64,000 nt of DNA from Octopus sinensis (Eukaryota). Below are positions 28,054 through 41,429 of the stretch, piece by piece. The stretch is taken from positions 25,420,001 through 25,484,000 of the forward strand of contig NC_043022.1 in NCBI RefSeq assembly GCF_006345805.1, given 5' to 3'. A program made the position numbers and the translations under genes. The notes beneath the pieces are model-generated. The model saw only the letters and a program-made list of their open reading frames with translations. It was not told the DNA's origin and ran no database searches. Within the stretch, counting starts at the first letter, position 1; each line of letters begins with the position of its first letter.

Positions 28054-28212
28054 AGCCCCACACAACCAGACTCTTTTAATGCAATTTCCGATGCTACAAC
28101 AATGTAGGAGCAATGCTGCTCCTACATTAACAATACTGCTATCATCACTAGGCCTAAGACACAATATCATATTACTTAGGACTTCTGTTGCACATCGCCT
28201 AACCATATATAA

Positions 28213-28690
28213 ACATCATCGTTTAACGTCCGCTTTCCATGCTAGAATGGATAGGACGATTTTGACTGAGGGCTAGCGAACCAGATGGCTGCACCAGGCT
28301 CCAATCTTGATCTGGCAGAGTTTCTACAGCTGGATGCCCTTCCTAACGCCAACCACTCCGAGAGTGTAGTGGGTGCTTTTTACGTGCCACCGGTACGGGC
28401 GCCAGTCAGGTGGTACTGGCAACGACCCCCGCTCGAATCTTTTTACACGTGCCACCTGCACAGGTGCCAGTGAAGCGACGTTGGTAACGATCACGCTCGA
28501 ATGGTGCCCTTTTACGTTCCACGGGTACGGAAGCCAGTTGGCTGCTCTGGCAACGATCACGCTCGGATTAGCACCCTACTAGCACATGCACAAGTGCCGG
28601 TAAGGCGACGCTGGTAACGATCATTCTCGAATGGTGCCCTTTTATGTGCCACTGGCACGTAAGCCGGTTAGCCGCTCTGTCATGCGAACT
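28213..28690 (-). mobile_element. SINE D with internal ~65-bp tandem array
   Basis: 3' end matches 1035-1349; TGG(C/T)AACGA..CTCG at 28417, 28482, 28548, 28612. Confidence 0.8.
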
Positions 28691-28692
28691 TT

Positions 28693-28871
28693 GGAGAAAC
28701 AACCCGACGCCTTGCTGATACCTGTCGGGAGCATATCCAAAATATACTACGTAAGCTAAACCAATCAACTACCAACCACTTCAACACTACAGGCCATTCA
28801 AGCACTCATTTATAAGTGTATCTTCAGTCTAAAGGAAACGTTTCATATTTGAACTTGGTACCATGTCACCG
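28693..28871 (+). pseudogene. PLE (Neptune-like) GIY-YIG endonuclease remnant
   Basis: GETTRRLADTCREHIQNILRKLNQSTTNHFNTTGHS..IFELGTMSP resembles GET.R.L..RF.EH..HF...GH..IF.LGTL.P. Confidence 0.65.
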
Positions 28872-29132
28872 ATATTTTTAGATCAATGCTTTTTTCTTCT
28901 TCTGCTAATCTCGCTTCATTAATTCTTTTCTTATCATCATTCAATTACTTTCATCCTTGCTTCTCACTGATTCTTGTGCCATATTGTTGTCCATGTATGA
29001 CATTCACGTGATCATGCAGTCGTTATCATCTACCATCATTTGTTGTTTTTTTTTTAACTTAGAAGACTAAAGCCTCTGATATTTCTCATTTATTTCTCTC
29101 CTTTTAACTTTTAATGAAAGAAACGTTCGATT

Positions 29133-29232
29133 NNNNNNNNNNNNNNNNNNNNNNNNNNNNNNNNNNNNNNNNNNNNNNNNNNNNNNNNNNNNNNNNNNNN
29201 NNNNNNNNNNNNNNNNNNNNNNNNNNNNNNNN
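29133..29232. other. Assembly gap (100 N)
   Basis: Run of N. Confidence 0.99.
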
Positions 29233-29304
29233 GATAATGATGACGCTGATGACAATCATAATAATAGTAATGATAACAATGATTAATAATCCTTTCTACT
29301 ATCA

Positions 29305-30872
29305 GCACAAGGCCTGAAATTTGGTGGGAGGGGTATAGTCGTTTACATCGACCCCAGGGATCTTTTCGGTTTGACCGGCAGTTTTTAGAAATATTTCCAC
29401 TTTTAAACTTCGTATACTGGTAGAATGTGTTTTTATAACATCTTTTTCTCTTGGCTTTATTGAGAAAATTCTATAGTTTGTAAGGTTTTTTTTTTTTTTT
29501 TAGTTTCTGCAATTTCAACCAATCAATGACGTCTATTGAGGTAAAAAGCATTCTGTGCTGTATGAATATGTCCCTCGTTTAAGAAACAGATTGGGCTTAT
29601 TTACATTTGTGAAGAAAAAAAGATACCCTTCCCCCCACCCCTAACCCTAAAACAGAAATGTAATAGATCGATACAAGGGTCATAATTATGGGTGACAATT
29701 TCATATGACACCGCTAGAAAAACTGCCGTTCAAACCGAAAAGATCCAACCCCAGTACTCAACTGGTACTTAATTTATCGACCTCGAAAGAATGAAGGGCA
29801 AAGTCGACCTCGGCAGAATTTGAACTCAGAACGTGCAGACGGATGAAAGGCCGCGAAGCATTTTTCCCAGCGTGCTAACCATTCTGCAAGCTCAATAATA
29901 ATAATGTTGACAATCACTAATAATATTATTTTCTACTTTAGGCAGAAGGCCCGGAATTTTGGGGGTGTGGGACCAGTCGATCAGATCGACCCCAGTACGA
30001 AACTGGTACTTAATTTATCAACCCCCGAAAGAATGAAAGGCAAAGTCGACCTCGGTGGAATGTGAACTCAGAACGCAACAGCAGACGAAATACCGCTAAG
30101 CATTTATTTATTATCCATAGGGAGCTAAACATAGAGGGGACAAACAAGGACAGACAAAGGAATTAAGTCGATTACAGTGATTAACTTTTACTTATTTAAT
30201 CGACCCCGAAAGGATGAAAGGCAAAGTCAACCTCGGTGGAATTTGAACTCAGAACTTAAAAACAGACGAAACACCTATGTCCTTACTACCCACAAGGGGC
30301 TAAACACAGAGAGGACAAACAAGGACAGACAACCGGATTATGTCGATTATATCGACCTCAGTGCGTAACTGGTACTTATTTAAACGACCCCGAAAGGATG
30401 GAAGGCAAAGTCGACCTCGGCGGAATTTGAACTCAGAATGTAGCGGCAGACGAAATACCTATTTCTTTACTACCCACAAGGGGCTAAACATAGAGGGGAC
30501 AAACAAGGACAGACAAACGGATTAAAGTCGATTATATCGACCTCAGTGCGTAACTGGTACTTATTTAAACGATCCCGAAAGGATGAAAGGCAAAGTCAAC
30601 CTCGGCGGAATTTGAGCACAGAACGTCGCGGTAGACGAAATACCTATTTCTTTACTACCCACAATGAGCTAAACACAGAGGGGACAAACAAGGACAGACA
30701 TAGGTATTAAGTCGATTACATCGACCCCAGTGCGTAACTGGTACTTATTTAATCGAGCCCGAAAGGATGAAAGGCAAAGTCGACCTCGGCGGAATTTGAA
30801 CTCAGAATGTAGCGGCAGACGAAATACCGCTAAGCATTTCGTCCGGCGTGCTAACGTTTCTGCCAGCTCGCC
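29305..30872 (-). mobile_element. SINE B cluster/array of about 7 units
   Basis: Repeated CGACCCCGAAAGGATGAAAGGCAAAGTC and AATACCTATTTCTTTACTACCCAC junctions. Confidence 0.85.
29358..29747. mobile_element. GGATC-terminal MITE, copy 1, nested in SINE B
   Basis: 29-bp TIR GGATCTTTTCGGTTTGA.CGGCAGTTTTT; ACCCCAG duplicated at 29351-57 and 29748-54. Confidence 0.85.
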
Positions 30873-31399
30873 TTCTGAATCACTAATAATAATGATGATG
30901 AGGCTGATGGCAACAACAATTACAACAACGAGAAAAATGAGGGGAAAGATTGATATAAGCGCATGTCTGTTGACGAAAGATGCTGTTTGATAAAGTGTGT
31001 ATTTCTAGGAGATAATGATGTAACCGGACAAAAGCTTCCCTAACCGGAAATAGCACCGGAAGAGGAGCAAAAATGATGAGAGAATAAGGCTAAACATAGG
31101 ATTGGCAAGAACTTCACTTACTCTCATTGAAAATATACTTATGCAGGTAGCGCGCGCGCACACACACGCGCACGCACACACACGCGCACGCACACACACA
31201 ATATAGAGACACTGCAGACGTGTGTATTCATATCTCTGCCTGTCCCTCTCCCTCCCCCTCTCTCTCTACATATGTATATATGTGTGCGTGTATACGTGTG
31301 TGTATAAAATATATAATGTATATGTGTATATATATACATGCATATATGTATTTGTATGTGTATATGGATACATGCATATATGTATGTGTGTATATATGT

Positions 31400-33872
31400 A
31401 CATGCATATGTGTGTATATATACATGCATATATGTATGTGTATATATATATATACAGGCATATATGTGTGTGTATATATATATATATACATGCATATATG
31501 TATGTGTATATATATATATACATGCATATATGTGTGTATATATACATGCATATATGTATGTGTGTATATACACATGCATATATGTATAAGTGTGTGTATA
31601 TATATATATGTATATGTATGTGTATGTATATATATATACATGTATATATGTGTATACAGATATACATGCATATATGTATATGTGTATATATATATATGTA
31701 AGTGTGTATATATATATACATGTGTTTATGTATATATACGCCTGTATGTATATGTACATGTGTATGTGTATGTATATATGCACGTGTGTGTGTATGTGAA
31801 GATATTACATGTATATATGTGTGTATATGTAAATGTATATACTCAAACATAGACGCATACAAAATGTCTAGTTATGACCTGGAAGGCAATGTTTGTTTAA
31901 ACGACTCAGGACAGGGGTTTGAAAATGAAAATTGTATTAGATTAAGATGAATTGCTACGGAGTTCATATGTTCGCTTTGAACGTGCCTTTCAACGAACGA
32001 CGAAGCATTTAGGTGGTGTTAATAGTTTAAAAAAATCGGCAAGGCCTATTCGAAATGCATTGATAAACATAGATATTTTAATTTAAATGGAGGAGAAATC
32101 AAAAAAGACAGCAGGAGATTGAGAAGGATAGCTTTCTGTCACAGTGTTGACAGATATGTTGACAGATGCCGAGTGAGAAGTACAAGTATTTAGTTAAAAG
32201 GGGAATATATAGGGCAGGAGTCACATGGTTCCGGGTTCAGTCCCACTGCGTGGCATCTTGGGCAAGTGTCTTCTGCTATAGCCCCGGACCGACCAATGCC
32301 TTGTGAGTGGATTTAGTAGACGGAAACTGAAAGAAGCTTGTCGTATATATGTATATATATATATGTCTGTTTGTGTGTCTGTGTTTGCGTCCCCGTCGCT
32401 TAGAGGCTCGGCAAAAGAGACCGATAAAATAAGTGCTGGGCTTACAAAGAATAACTCCCGGGGTCGATTTGCTCCATGAGGGCGGTGCTCCAGCATGGCC
32501 GCTGTCGAATGACTGAAACAAGTAAAAGAGTAAAAGAGTAAGAGTATATCTGAAAGGATATGAAAGTGATGAGATGGTGTAGGTAGAGTAAGAAACTAAG
32601 AAATATGTTGTAATATATATCATAGCAAATAAAGTAAAGGGAGGTGTACTATATATATATATTATATATATACATGCATATATGTATGTGTATATATATA
32701 TATATATACATGCATATATGTGTGTATATATACATGCATATATGTATGTGTGTATATACACATGCATATATGTATAAGTGTGTGTATATATATATATGTA
32801 TATGTATGTGTATGTATATATATATATACATGCATATATGTGTATACAGATATACATGCATATATGTATATGTGTATATATATATGTAAGTGTGTATATA
32901 TATATATACATGTGTTTATGTATATATACGCCTGTATGTATATGTACATGAGTATGTGTATGTATATATGCATGTGTGTGTGTGTATGTGAAGATATTAC
33001 ATGTATATATGTGTGTATATGTAAATGTATATACTCAAACATAGAAGCATACAAAATGTCTAGTTATGACCTGGAAGGCAATGTTTGTTAAACGACTCAG
33101 GACAGGGGTTTGAAAATGAAAATTGTATTAGATTAAGATGAATTGCTACGGAGTTCATATGTTTCGCTTTGAACGTGCCTTTCAAACGAACGAAGCATTT
33201 AGTGGTGTTAATAGTTTAAAAAAATCGGCAAGGCCTATTCGAAAATGCATTGTAAACATAGATATTTTAATTTAAATGGGAGAAGAAAGTCCAAAGACAG
33301 CAAGAGATTGAGAAGGATAGCTTTCTGTCATAGCTGTTGACAGATATGTCAGACGCCGAGTGAGAAATACAAGTATTTAGTTAAAAGGGGAAATATATAG
33401 GCGCAGGAGTGGCTGTGTGGTAAGTAGCTTGCTAACCAACCACATGGTTCCGGGTTCAGTCCCACTGCGTGGCATCTTGGGCAAGTGTCTTCTGAGAGTG
33501 GATTTGGTAGACGGAAACTGAAAGAAGCCTGTCGTATATATATATATATATATGTGTGTTTGTGTTTCTGTGTTTGTCCCCCTAGCATTGCTTGACAACC
33601 GATACTGGTGTGTTTACGTCCCCGTCACTTAGCGGCTCGGCAAAAGAGACCGATAAAATAAGTACTGGCTTACAAAAAATAAGTCCTGGGGTCGATTTGC
33701 TCGACTGAGGGCGGTGCTCCAGCATGGCCGCAGTCGGATGACTGAAACAAGTAAAAGAGTAAAAGAGTAAGAGTATATCTGAAAGGATATGAAAGTTGAT
33801 GAGATGGCTGTAGAGTAAGAAACTAAGAAATATGTTGTAATATATAGCGTAGCAAATATAGTAAAGGGACGT
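31400..33872 (+). repeat. ~1.2-kb tandem duplication (each copy holds a SINE A: 32212-32535, 33400-33772)
   Basis: Anchors ACTCAAACATAGA at about 31841/33033 and GAGTATATCTGAAAGG at about 32543/33771. Confidence 0.85.
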
Positions 33873-33929
33873 GTATATATATATATATATTTATAGTCGT
33901 AGGAGTGGCTGTGTGGGAGATAAGAAAGT

Positions 33930-34249
33930 TCATTTTCGGCACTTGATGCTTTGGGAACCAGACAAAAATTGCTGCAGCTCGGCTGGGATGTGTTACCTCA
34001 CCCTCCATATTCACCAGATATTGCTCCTTCGGATTTCCACTTATTCAGGTCCCTGCAGAATAGTCTTAATGGTAAAAATTTCAATTCCTTGGATGACGTA
34101 AAAAAAAGAGGGTATTTTCAAGTTAAAGGAAAGATGGAGACGCATTGTGCAACAAAATGGTTCATATTTGGTTGATTAAAAATGTAATGTATTTATTGAC
34201 CTTTTTCTTTCCTTTAAAAATCGGCACGAACTTTCCGGACTACCCAATA
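33930..34249 (+). pseudogene. Mariner transposase 3' fragment with terminal inverted repeat remnant
   Basis: TRQKLLQLGWDVLPHPPYSPDIAPSDFHLFRSLQNSLNGKNFNSLDDVK (YSPDLAPSD motif); ends CGGCACGAACTTTCCGGACTACCCAATA. Confidence 0.9.
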
Positions 34250-34496
34250 TTTTCGCTGCGACTCGTCCTCGCGACTCCCTTCATATCTACACAGGGGTCC
34301 ACGAACTATACGATGAAAATCCAGTTACTTATGGTCGGTGAATTTTTAACAAAATTGCGAAGGTGATATATCAATTCAAAAATCGATATCCACGAAATAA
34401 CTATATTTTCTGATTTTAACGCTAAAAACTTTCCTGACGACCGTCTTTGTAATCCGGAAAAATATCGTAACCATTGATCCTGCCGTCTGGCTGTGA

Positions 34497-34788
34497 AGGC
34501 ACTTGGCCTAGTGGTTAGAGCAGCGGACTCGCGGTCGAGGGATCGAGGGTTCGAATATCAGATCGGGCGATGTGTGTGTTTATGAGCGAAAACACCTAAG
34601 CGCCATGCGGCTCCGGCAGAAGGTAATGGTGAACTTCTGCTGACTCTTTCGCCACAACTTTCTCTCAGTCTTTCCTCCTGCATCTTACAGCTCACCTGCG
34701 ACAGACCGGCGTCCCGTCCAGGTGGAGAATCTATATGCCAAGGAAACCGGCCCTTATGAGCCAGGCATGGCCCGAGAAGGAACAAACA
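34497..34788 (+). mobile_element. SINE C1
   Basis: A-box TGGCCTAGTGG, B-box GGTTCGAAT, V-like tail. Confidence 0.85.
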
Positions 34789-34804
34789 GTAGCCATCTGG
34801 CTAT

Positions 34805-35290
34805 GAAGACGGAACAGACTAAGAGACAGACAAACAGATATAACACCCATTATAGTAAGATAGCAAATCTGCACATCTACGACGGGAAATAAAGCGTTAG
34901 TACCGAAAATCTAAACCCTCTAAATTCACAAACTATACGGGGGTAAGGGAGATCCAGAGTCAATCCTCTTCACCGGAATTTTGATAAAAAATCAAAGGTG
35001 ATTTATTAATACAAAACTAAATTATCATACTTTCTCACATTGTTTTTCGCTAAAAACCTTCCTGATTACCGCCTTCGTAATCCCCCAAAACATCGTGATC
35101 ACTGGTTCAGCCGTTTGACCGTGAAAAGGGAACAGGCGGATTGACAGACGGACATAATGCCCATTATAGTAAGACGAGCAAAACGCGCCCCGTCCAATGG
35201 ACGGTGCTGAGTTGTCAAACATTTAAACCAAATTTTCTCAAAACAACTTGTCCGACCGTCCCATAGGTCTCCCCGTTGAGAAACACCGAT
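34805..35290 (+). mobile_element. Tandem Helitron/HINE-like non-autonomous pieces
   Basis: Two 3' ends (GACAGAC..CCCATTATAGTAAGA at about 34860 and 35174); 5' end ACGAGCAAAACGC with CCGTCCA/TGGACGG hairpin. Confidence 0.55.
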
Positions 35291-35532
35291 TTAACCTAAA
35301 TTTGAGACAACAGCAAAAGAAGAAGTAAAGAGAAACTTTTTTCTATTCCAAAGGAAAACAATTTTATTCACACAGATATACAACCAACGAGTTTAAAGTA
35401 CCAGTAAAGATAAGGCTGTTGACATTGAACTAAAACTTTTTCAGCATAGCCCTAGTATAATGGTTGTTAAAAATAGAACACACACATATTGAGAGCGAGA
35501 ACTTGTACAAATATATGAACGTATAACTATAT

Positions 35533-35842
35533 ATCACCGTGATCACCGTGACCGACCAGGCTATCAGATGTTGCTACACATCGCTGGTCACAATGCACTT
35601 TGCATTGTTTTAGCCTTCAAATGACGCCACCCTGCTGGCTAAGCAAGCAGGCCAACAGAAGAAAGAGTGAGAAGAGATTGTGGCGAAAGAGTACAGCAGG
35701 GATCGCCACCACCCACTGCCGGAGCCTCGTGGAGCTCTAGGCGTTTTCGCTCAATAAACACTCACAGCGCCCGGTCTGGGAATCGAAACCGCGATCCTAC
35801 GACCGCGAGTCCGCTGCCCTAACCACTAAGTCATTGTGCCTC
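35533..35842 (-). mobile_element. SINE C2 (same head, alternative tail ending CACGGTGAT)
   Basis: tRNA-Arg-like head; tail unrelated to C1. Confidence 0.75.
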
Positions 35843-35871
35843 CACACACATACATATACACGCCTGTGTGC

Positions 35872-36255
<384 letters not shown>

Positions 36256-36587
36256 GCATGTATATGTATGTATATATCACAGAGCGAGATCTACATAAAT
36301 ATGACCATAGTTAAATTACCCTTGCAGCCACACGTACAATAACATGTGTACGGCTGTGTTTTACGAGCGCATAAAAGCGCAATAGTATATTAGTAGAGTA
36401 TTATATTCGGTTATAAAGTGCAGTAAAATATAAATCGATGCGATGGATGGTAAACACATATATGATTAAATTAAACAAAGTTGGAGATAAAATTCGGAGA
36501 TAAAAATGGCGTTATGTGGGAGAGATATCTAAGAGGGGATGATTATGAAGGAATGTAGAAACAAAGGAATATTCTTTGTCCTTTCTT

Positions 36588-37248
36588 TTCTTTGTTTCAG
36601 TCATTTGACTGCGACCATGCTGGAGCACCGCCTTTTTTAGTCGAGCAAATCGACCCCCAGGACTTATTGTTTGTAAGCTTAGTACTTATTTTATCGGTCT
36701 TCATTGCTGAACCGCTAAGTGACGGGGACGTAAACACACCAGCATCGGTTATCAAGCGAAATTGCGGGGACAAACACAGACACACAAACATACACACACA
36801 CACACATACATACATACATACATATATACATACATACATACATACATACACACACACGCACACATATATATATACATATATATATATATATGACGGGTTT
36901 CTTTCAGTTTCCGTCTACCAAAAAATCGTCACTTAGCGGTTCAGCAATTGATACCTGTAGAATATTTATTCTATCGGTCTCCATTGCTGAACCGTTAAGT
37001 GACGGGGACGTAAACACACCAGCATCGGTTATGAAGCGATGTTGGGGTGACAAATACACACACACACACATATATGTATATATACGACGGGCTCCTTTTA
37101 GTTTCCGTCTACCAAATCCACTCACAAGGCTTTGGTCGGCCCGAGGCTACAGTAGAAGACACTTGCCCAAGGTGTCACGCATTGAGACTGAACCCGGAAC
37201 CATGTGGTTGGTAAGCAAGCTACTTACCACACAGCAACTCTTGCGCCT
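36588..37248 (-). mobile_element. SINE A with internally duplicated 3' module
   Basis: GAACCG(C/T)TAAGTGACGGGGACGTAAACACACCAGC occurs twice. Confidence 0.8.
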
Positions 37249-37772
37249 GCATACATGTATACAAAAATCCACACGTGCATGCTCTCTTTCTCTCTCTGTC
37301 TCTCTCACATTTAAACGGAACGGACAAATCCTGTGCACACAGGTAACGCGGAGTGAACAAAAATAGTTGAAGCGATAAGAGCGTAGAACAGCGAAGGGTC
37401 GATGAGGAGTTGAAGAATGGATGGGATTGAAAAGAGATACAGCACTTGTAGATGGGAGGATTATAGGAAAAGGGGGGAGGCATTCTGGGACAGAAGAAAT
37501 ATCGGGCAAAGGAGAGGTGGAAAGAATTAAAGACGAGGTAGAGAAAGGGGATTGAATGAGTGTAAGACACGTAAAAGAATGGAGAAGAGGATCAAGAAAG
37601 AAGAAAAGAGTAGCCACAGAAAAGTAGAGAGTATATGGCCCCAGATATATAAACGACGATGTGATGTTACCAACAAAATAGGGGAAAGCTTAAGCAGTAA
37701 GAAAATGAGACGAAAAGACAAGGGAAAGATAAACAAGGACACGCACAAACGCTCATCTCTTTATGAGTGGTT

Positions 37773-38018
37773 GACTAAAGTTGTGCAGTTTGGACAGATT
37801 AATAAGATTACTCGCCTCGGCTTGCTATACATTTAGTAAATCTCCTCACCACCTTGCATACGTATACGCTGTGTACGAAAGCAACTCACGTCGTTGACTA
37901 AATTTCTGTTTCTACACATTGATAAGATTAATCGCTTCAGCTTTCTATACATTTGGTAAATCTCCTCACCACCTTTCGTACATACACACCGTGTACGAAA
38001 ACAATTCGGCGACGCTTC
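37773..38018. repeat. Diverged 123-bp tandem duplication
   Basis: GACTAAA at 37773 and 37896; shared GTAAATCTCCTCACCACCTT and GTGTACGAAA. Confidence 0.8.
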
Positions 38019-38067
38019 GAATTTACAGAAATACTGGCTCCATCCTTTAAAATGCAGCAGCCCGGGT

Positions 38068-38655
38068 GGAGGCGCAATGGCCCAATGGTTAGGGCAGCGG
38101 ACTCGCGGTCGGTGGATCGCGCTTTTATACGCTCGTAAAACACAGCCGTATACATGTTATTGTACGTGTGGCTGCAAGGGTAATTTAACTATGGCCATAT
38201 TTATGTTAGATCTCGCTCTGTGATATATAAACACATATACACGCGTGTGTGCGTATATATGTATATATATAGTTATGTGGGGGCACAACGACTCAGTGGT
38301 TAGGGCAGCGGACTCGCGGTCGGAGGATCGCGGTTTCGATTCCCAGACTGGGCGTTGTGTGTGTTTATTGAGCGAAAACACCTAAAGCTTCACGAGGCTC
38401 CGGCAGGGGGGGGGCGACCCCTGTTGTACTCTTTCGCTCCCACTTTCTCTCACTCTTTCTTCCTGTTTCTTGTCCCCGACTTCCTACGCAAGGGCTGAGC
38501 CTGGATGCGAATTCATCCATCCGTCGATGCTCTCGGTGTCGGGGTTTGACCTGCCTTCTCTTCGGCGGGTCTTACGAATAGCAAAGGGCCACGTTTCGGA
38601 CTTCTTCCATCTTGCGAGTTCTGGGACGATGACCGTTCGCTCAACAACAACAGCA
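38068..38655 (+). mobile_element. SINE C head (38068-38120), repeat X (-), then SINE C3 (38279-38655, third tail type, (CAA)n end)
   Basis: Two heads; X is the reverse complement of 36275-36380. Confidence 0.7.
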
Positions 38656-39099
38656 GCCCGGAGCTAACCCTGAAGGCCACTAAACACTTCAATCTGCCCC
38701 TCTTTTGGGGATATATCCCAATCACTAGAAATACTCTGCAGTATATTCCATTATTATGGAGAGCAAGCCCTCTACTCTTACTCGATTTCATCCTTTCGTT
38801 GTCTCCTCTAGCAACAATATTCAACACATTTTCTTCCTGTCTTTCGCAAATGGACAGAAGGGTCAGCTTCACGTTGAAACTAAAATTTTAAATATTTGTG
38901 TTTATCAAACTAATTCACCCTTTCCCGCATTTATGAGCTCAATTTGGAGGTTAGCAAGAAAAATAGAACATGGTTCACGTAACGCTACAGTCTCTATCTC
39001 TCTATGTCATAGCTAATTATTTTACTACGAAATTAATACAATCGTAATTGCTAGATATAGTTTCCTTGAAGGCTTTGATTATATTGTTGAAATATATTG

Positions 39100-39310
39100 A
39101 GGCGGCGAGCTGGCAGAAACGTTAGCACGCCGGGCGAAATGTCGTTACGTTCTGAGTTCAAATTCCGCCGAGGTCGACTTTACCTTTCGTCCTCTGGGGG
39201 TCTATAAATAAAGTACCTGTTTCGCCTGGGGTCGATGTAATCGACTTAATACCTATGTCCGTCCTTGTTTGTCCCCTCTATGTTTAGCCCCTTGTGGGTA
39301 GTAAAGAAAT
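39100..39310 (+). mobile_element. SINE B
   Basis: Family B motifs. Confidence 0.85.
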
Positions 39311-39942
39311 ATATATTGTTAAAATATATTGATTTTATTAAAACGTAGTCTCTTGTATGTGTAATGTTTTTCTTGTTTACTGGTTTAGTCTAAAGGATAA
39401 TGGATGTGTTTAGAGCTCTTCGCTTGTTTTATGTTTTGAAAGTCGTAAGATAAACATTTTTTCAACTTTTCCTCATACTGAGATTAAGCTTAAAGGTCTT
39501 CAGAGCTTTGCTGGGTTGTGTTTGTATGTGTGTAAAGGTGGTGGACTCAACAATGTACGAACCAAAGCAATTGAGCAGTATTTGTAATTTCACCGTCATT
39601 TATCGAAGGATTTACAGTTACCAACTGCTTAAATAAAGTTATTTAATGTATAACAGATTTACTATATGTTGAAAGATTGCCGCCTCCCTGCCTCACTTAA
39701 GTATTCATCAACGCAAACATTTTACTGACTAGATCAAATTCATTTGTATACGTGTGTTTTATGTATATGATACTAAAGATGTCGTATGTTTAACATGTGA
39801 AAAAGCGGAATTATCATGTTTTGTGCATATAACATAAATAGGTGATGCGTTTCCCAGTGTTTTATTCTGCAGCCAATCAAATTTTTATCTAATGTTCAAC
39901 CTTTCTCTCTCTCCTCACTTTCTCTCTCTACTCACCCTGTCA

Positions 39943-39987
<45 letters not shown>

Positions 39988-40173
39988 CACACGCACACAC
40001 ACGCATCGGAATATCTTCGCTTATTTTACCATAATGCTTTCCTATATTAATGCAAGATTTCAAAAATGGTATACATGTGTATATGAACACACACACACAC
40101 ACACACACACATATTTGAGTGAATGAGAATGTGTGGAAAGTATACGTGCGTACTTTATGTATGTATGTATGTA

Positions 40174-40220
<47 letters not shown>

Positions 40221-40353
40221 TATATATATAATCTTTCAATACTTGTATGGATGTTAATGTGTATGTTGATAAATACGTGTCTACTTCTCGAGCTCAGTAA
40301 ATTTTTCTTTCATTCTGATCGGTCGGTGTATGTATGTATGTATGTATCTATGT

Positions 40354-40424
<71 letters not shown>

Positions 40425-41186
40425 GTCTCCATTTAATGAAATATCTATCTTTCTATACGGATGTATACGCATGTATGCATACATATACATGCGACTTCCA
40501 TATGTGTGTGTCTATTTGCATATAAGTATGCATTTATCTACGTAACTACGTCCGCATATATGTATGTATACATCCATGTATATATGCACTTATTATTTAT
40601 TTATTTATATACTTACAATTCATGTATATAAGGCTATCAGTGTTAGACAGTAGAGACCAATAAATTGAAAGCCAAATAGACACACATTATCGATTATGGA
40701 GAACAAAACATTGGCAAGCTTTACATTTATAGACAAATTGCCATCATCTATGGTGTATATTTATGTTTACTGGCCACTCAATAAAGCTGTCAGCAAGAAG
40801 GCCAAACAGCAGTTAAGAATTGCGCGCCGGCCATTTTTGTAAATGGCGCTGGATGCTATTTACACACACACACACACACACAAGAAATAAAAACGCACAT
40901 ATTTAATCACACACTAGCATCCACAATGCTTATGTACATTCATATGTACGTATGTCTGCGTATGTATATTCATATTACATATACAATAAATACTATACAT
41001 ACTAAATATTTACATTCATATACAAAAACCACGCATACATATATACACATATCCATATGTGTGTGTAGTTCTTTCTCTATCATATATGTGTGTGTATATA
41101 TAAATGTATATACATACATAGTGCTCTCTCTCTCCTCTGTATATAATTATATGTATATATATATATATATATATAATATATATATG

Positions 41187-41236
<50 letters not shown>

Positions 41237-41384
41237 GTAAGTGTATGTATATATAGTGTATGTATATATATGTAAGTGTATATATAATATATATATATTA
41301 TATATATATATTATATATATATATATATATTATATTATATATGTATATATATGTATGTATATATATGTAAGTATATATATCTTA

Positions 41385-41429
<45 letters not shown>

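Noticed and set aside
28400-28690. CRISPR array
   Set aside because: Spacers are homologous and alternate, the array lies inside a SINE, there are no cas genes and the context is eukaryotic
29635-29655. Interstitial telomere
   Set aside because: Only about two CCCTAA units, and they belong to the MITE interior
34497-34575. Genuine tRNA-Arg gene (also other C heads)
   Set aside because: A/B boxes are present but the anticodon and acceptor stems do not pair, and the sequence continues into a SINE body
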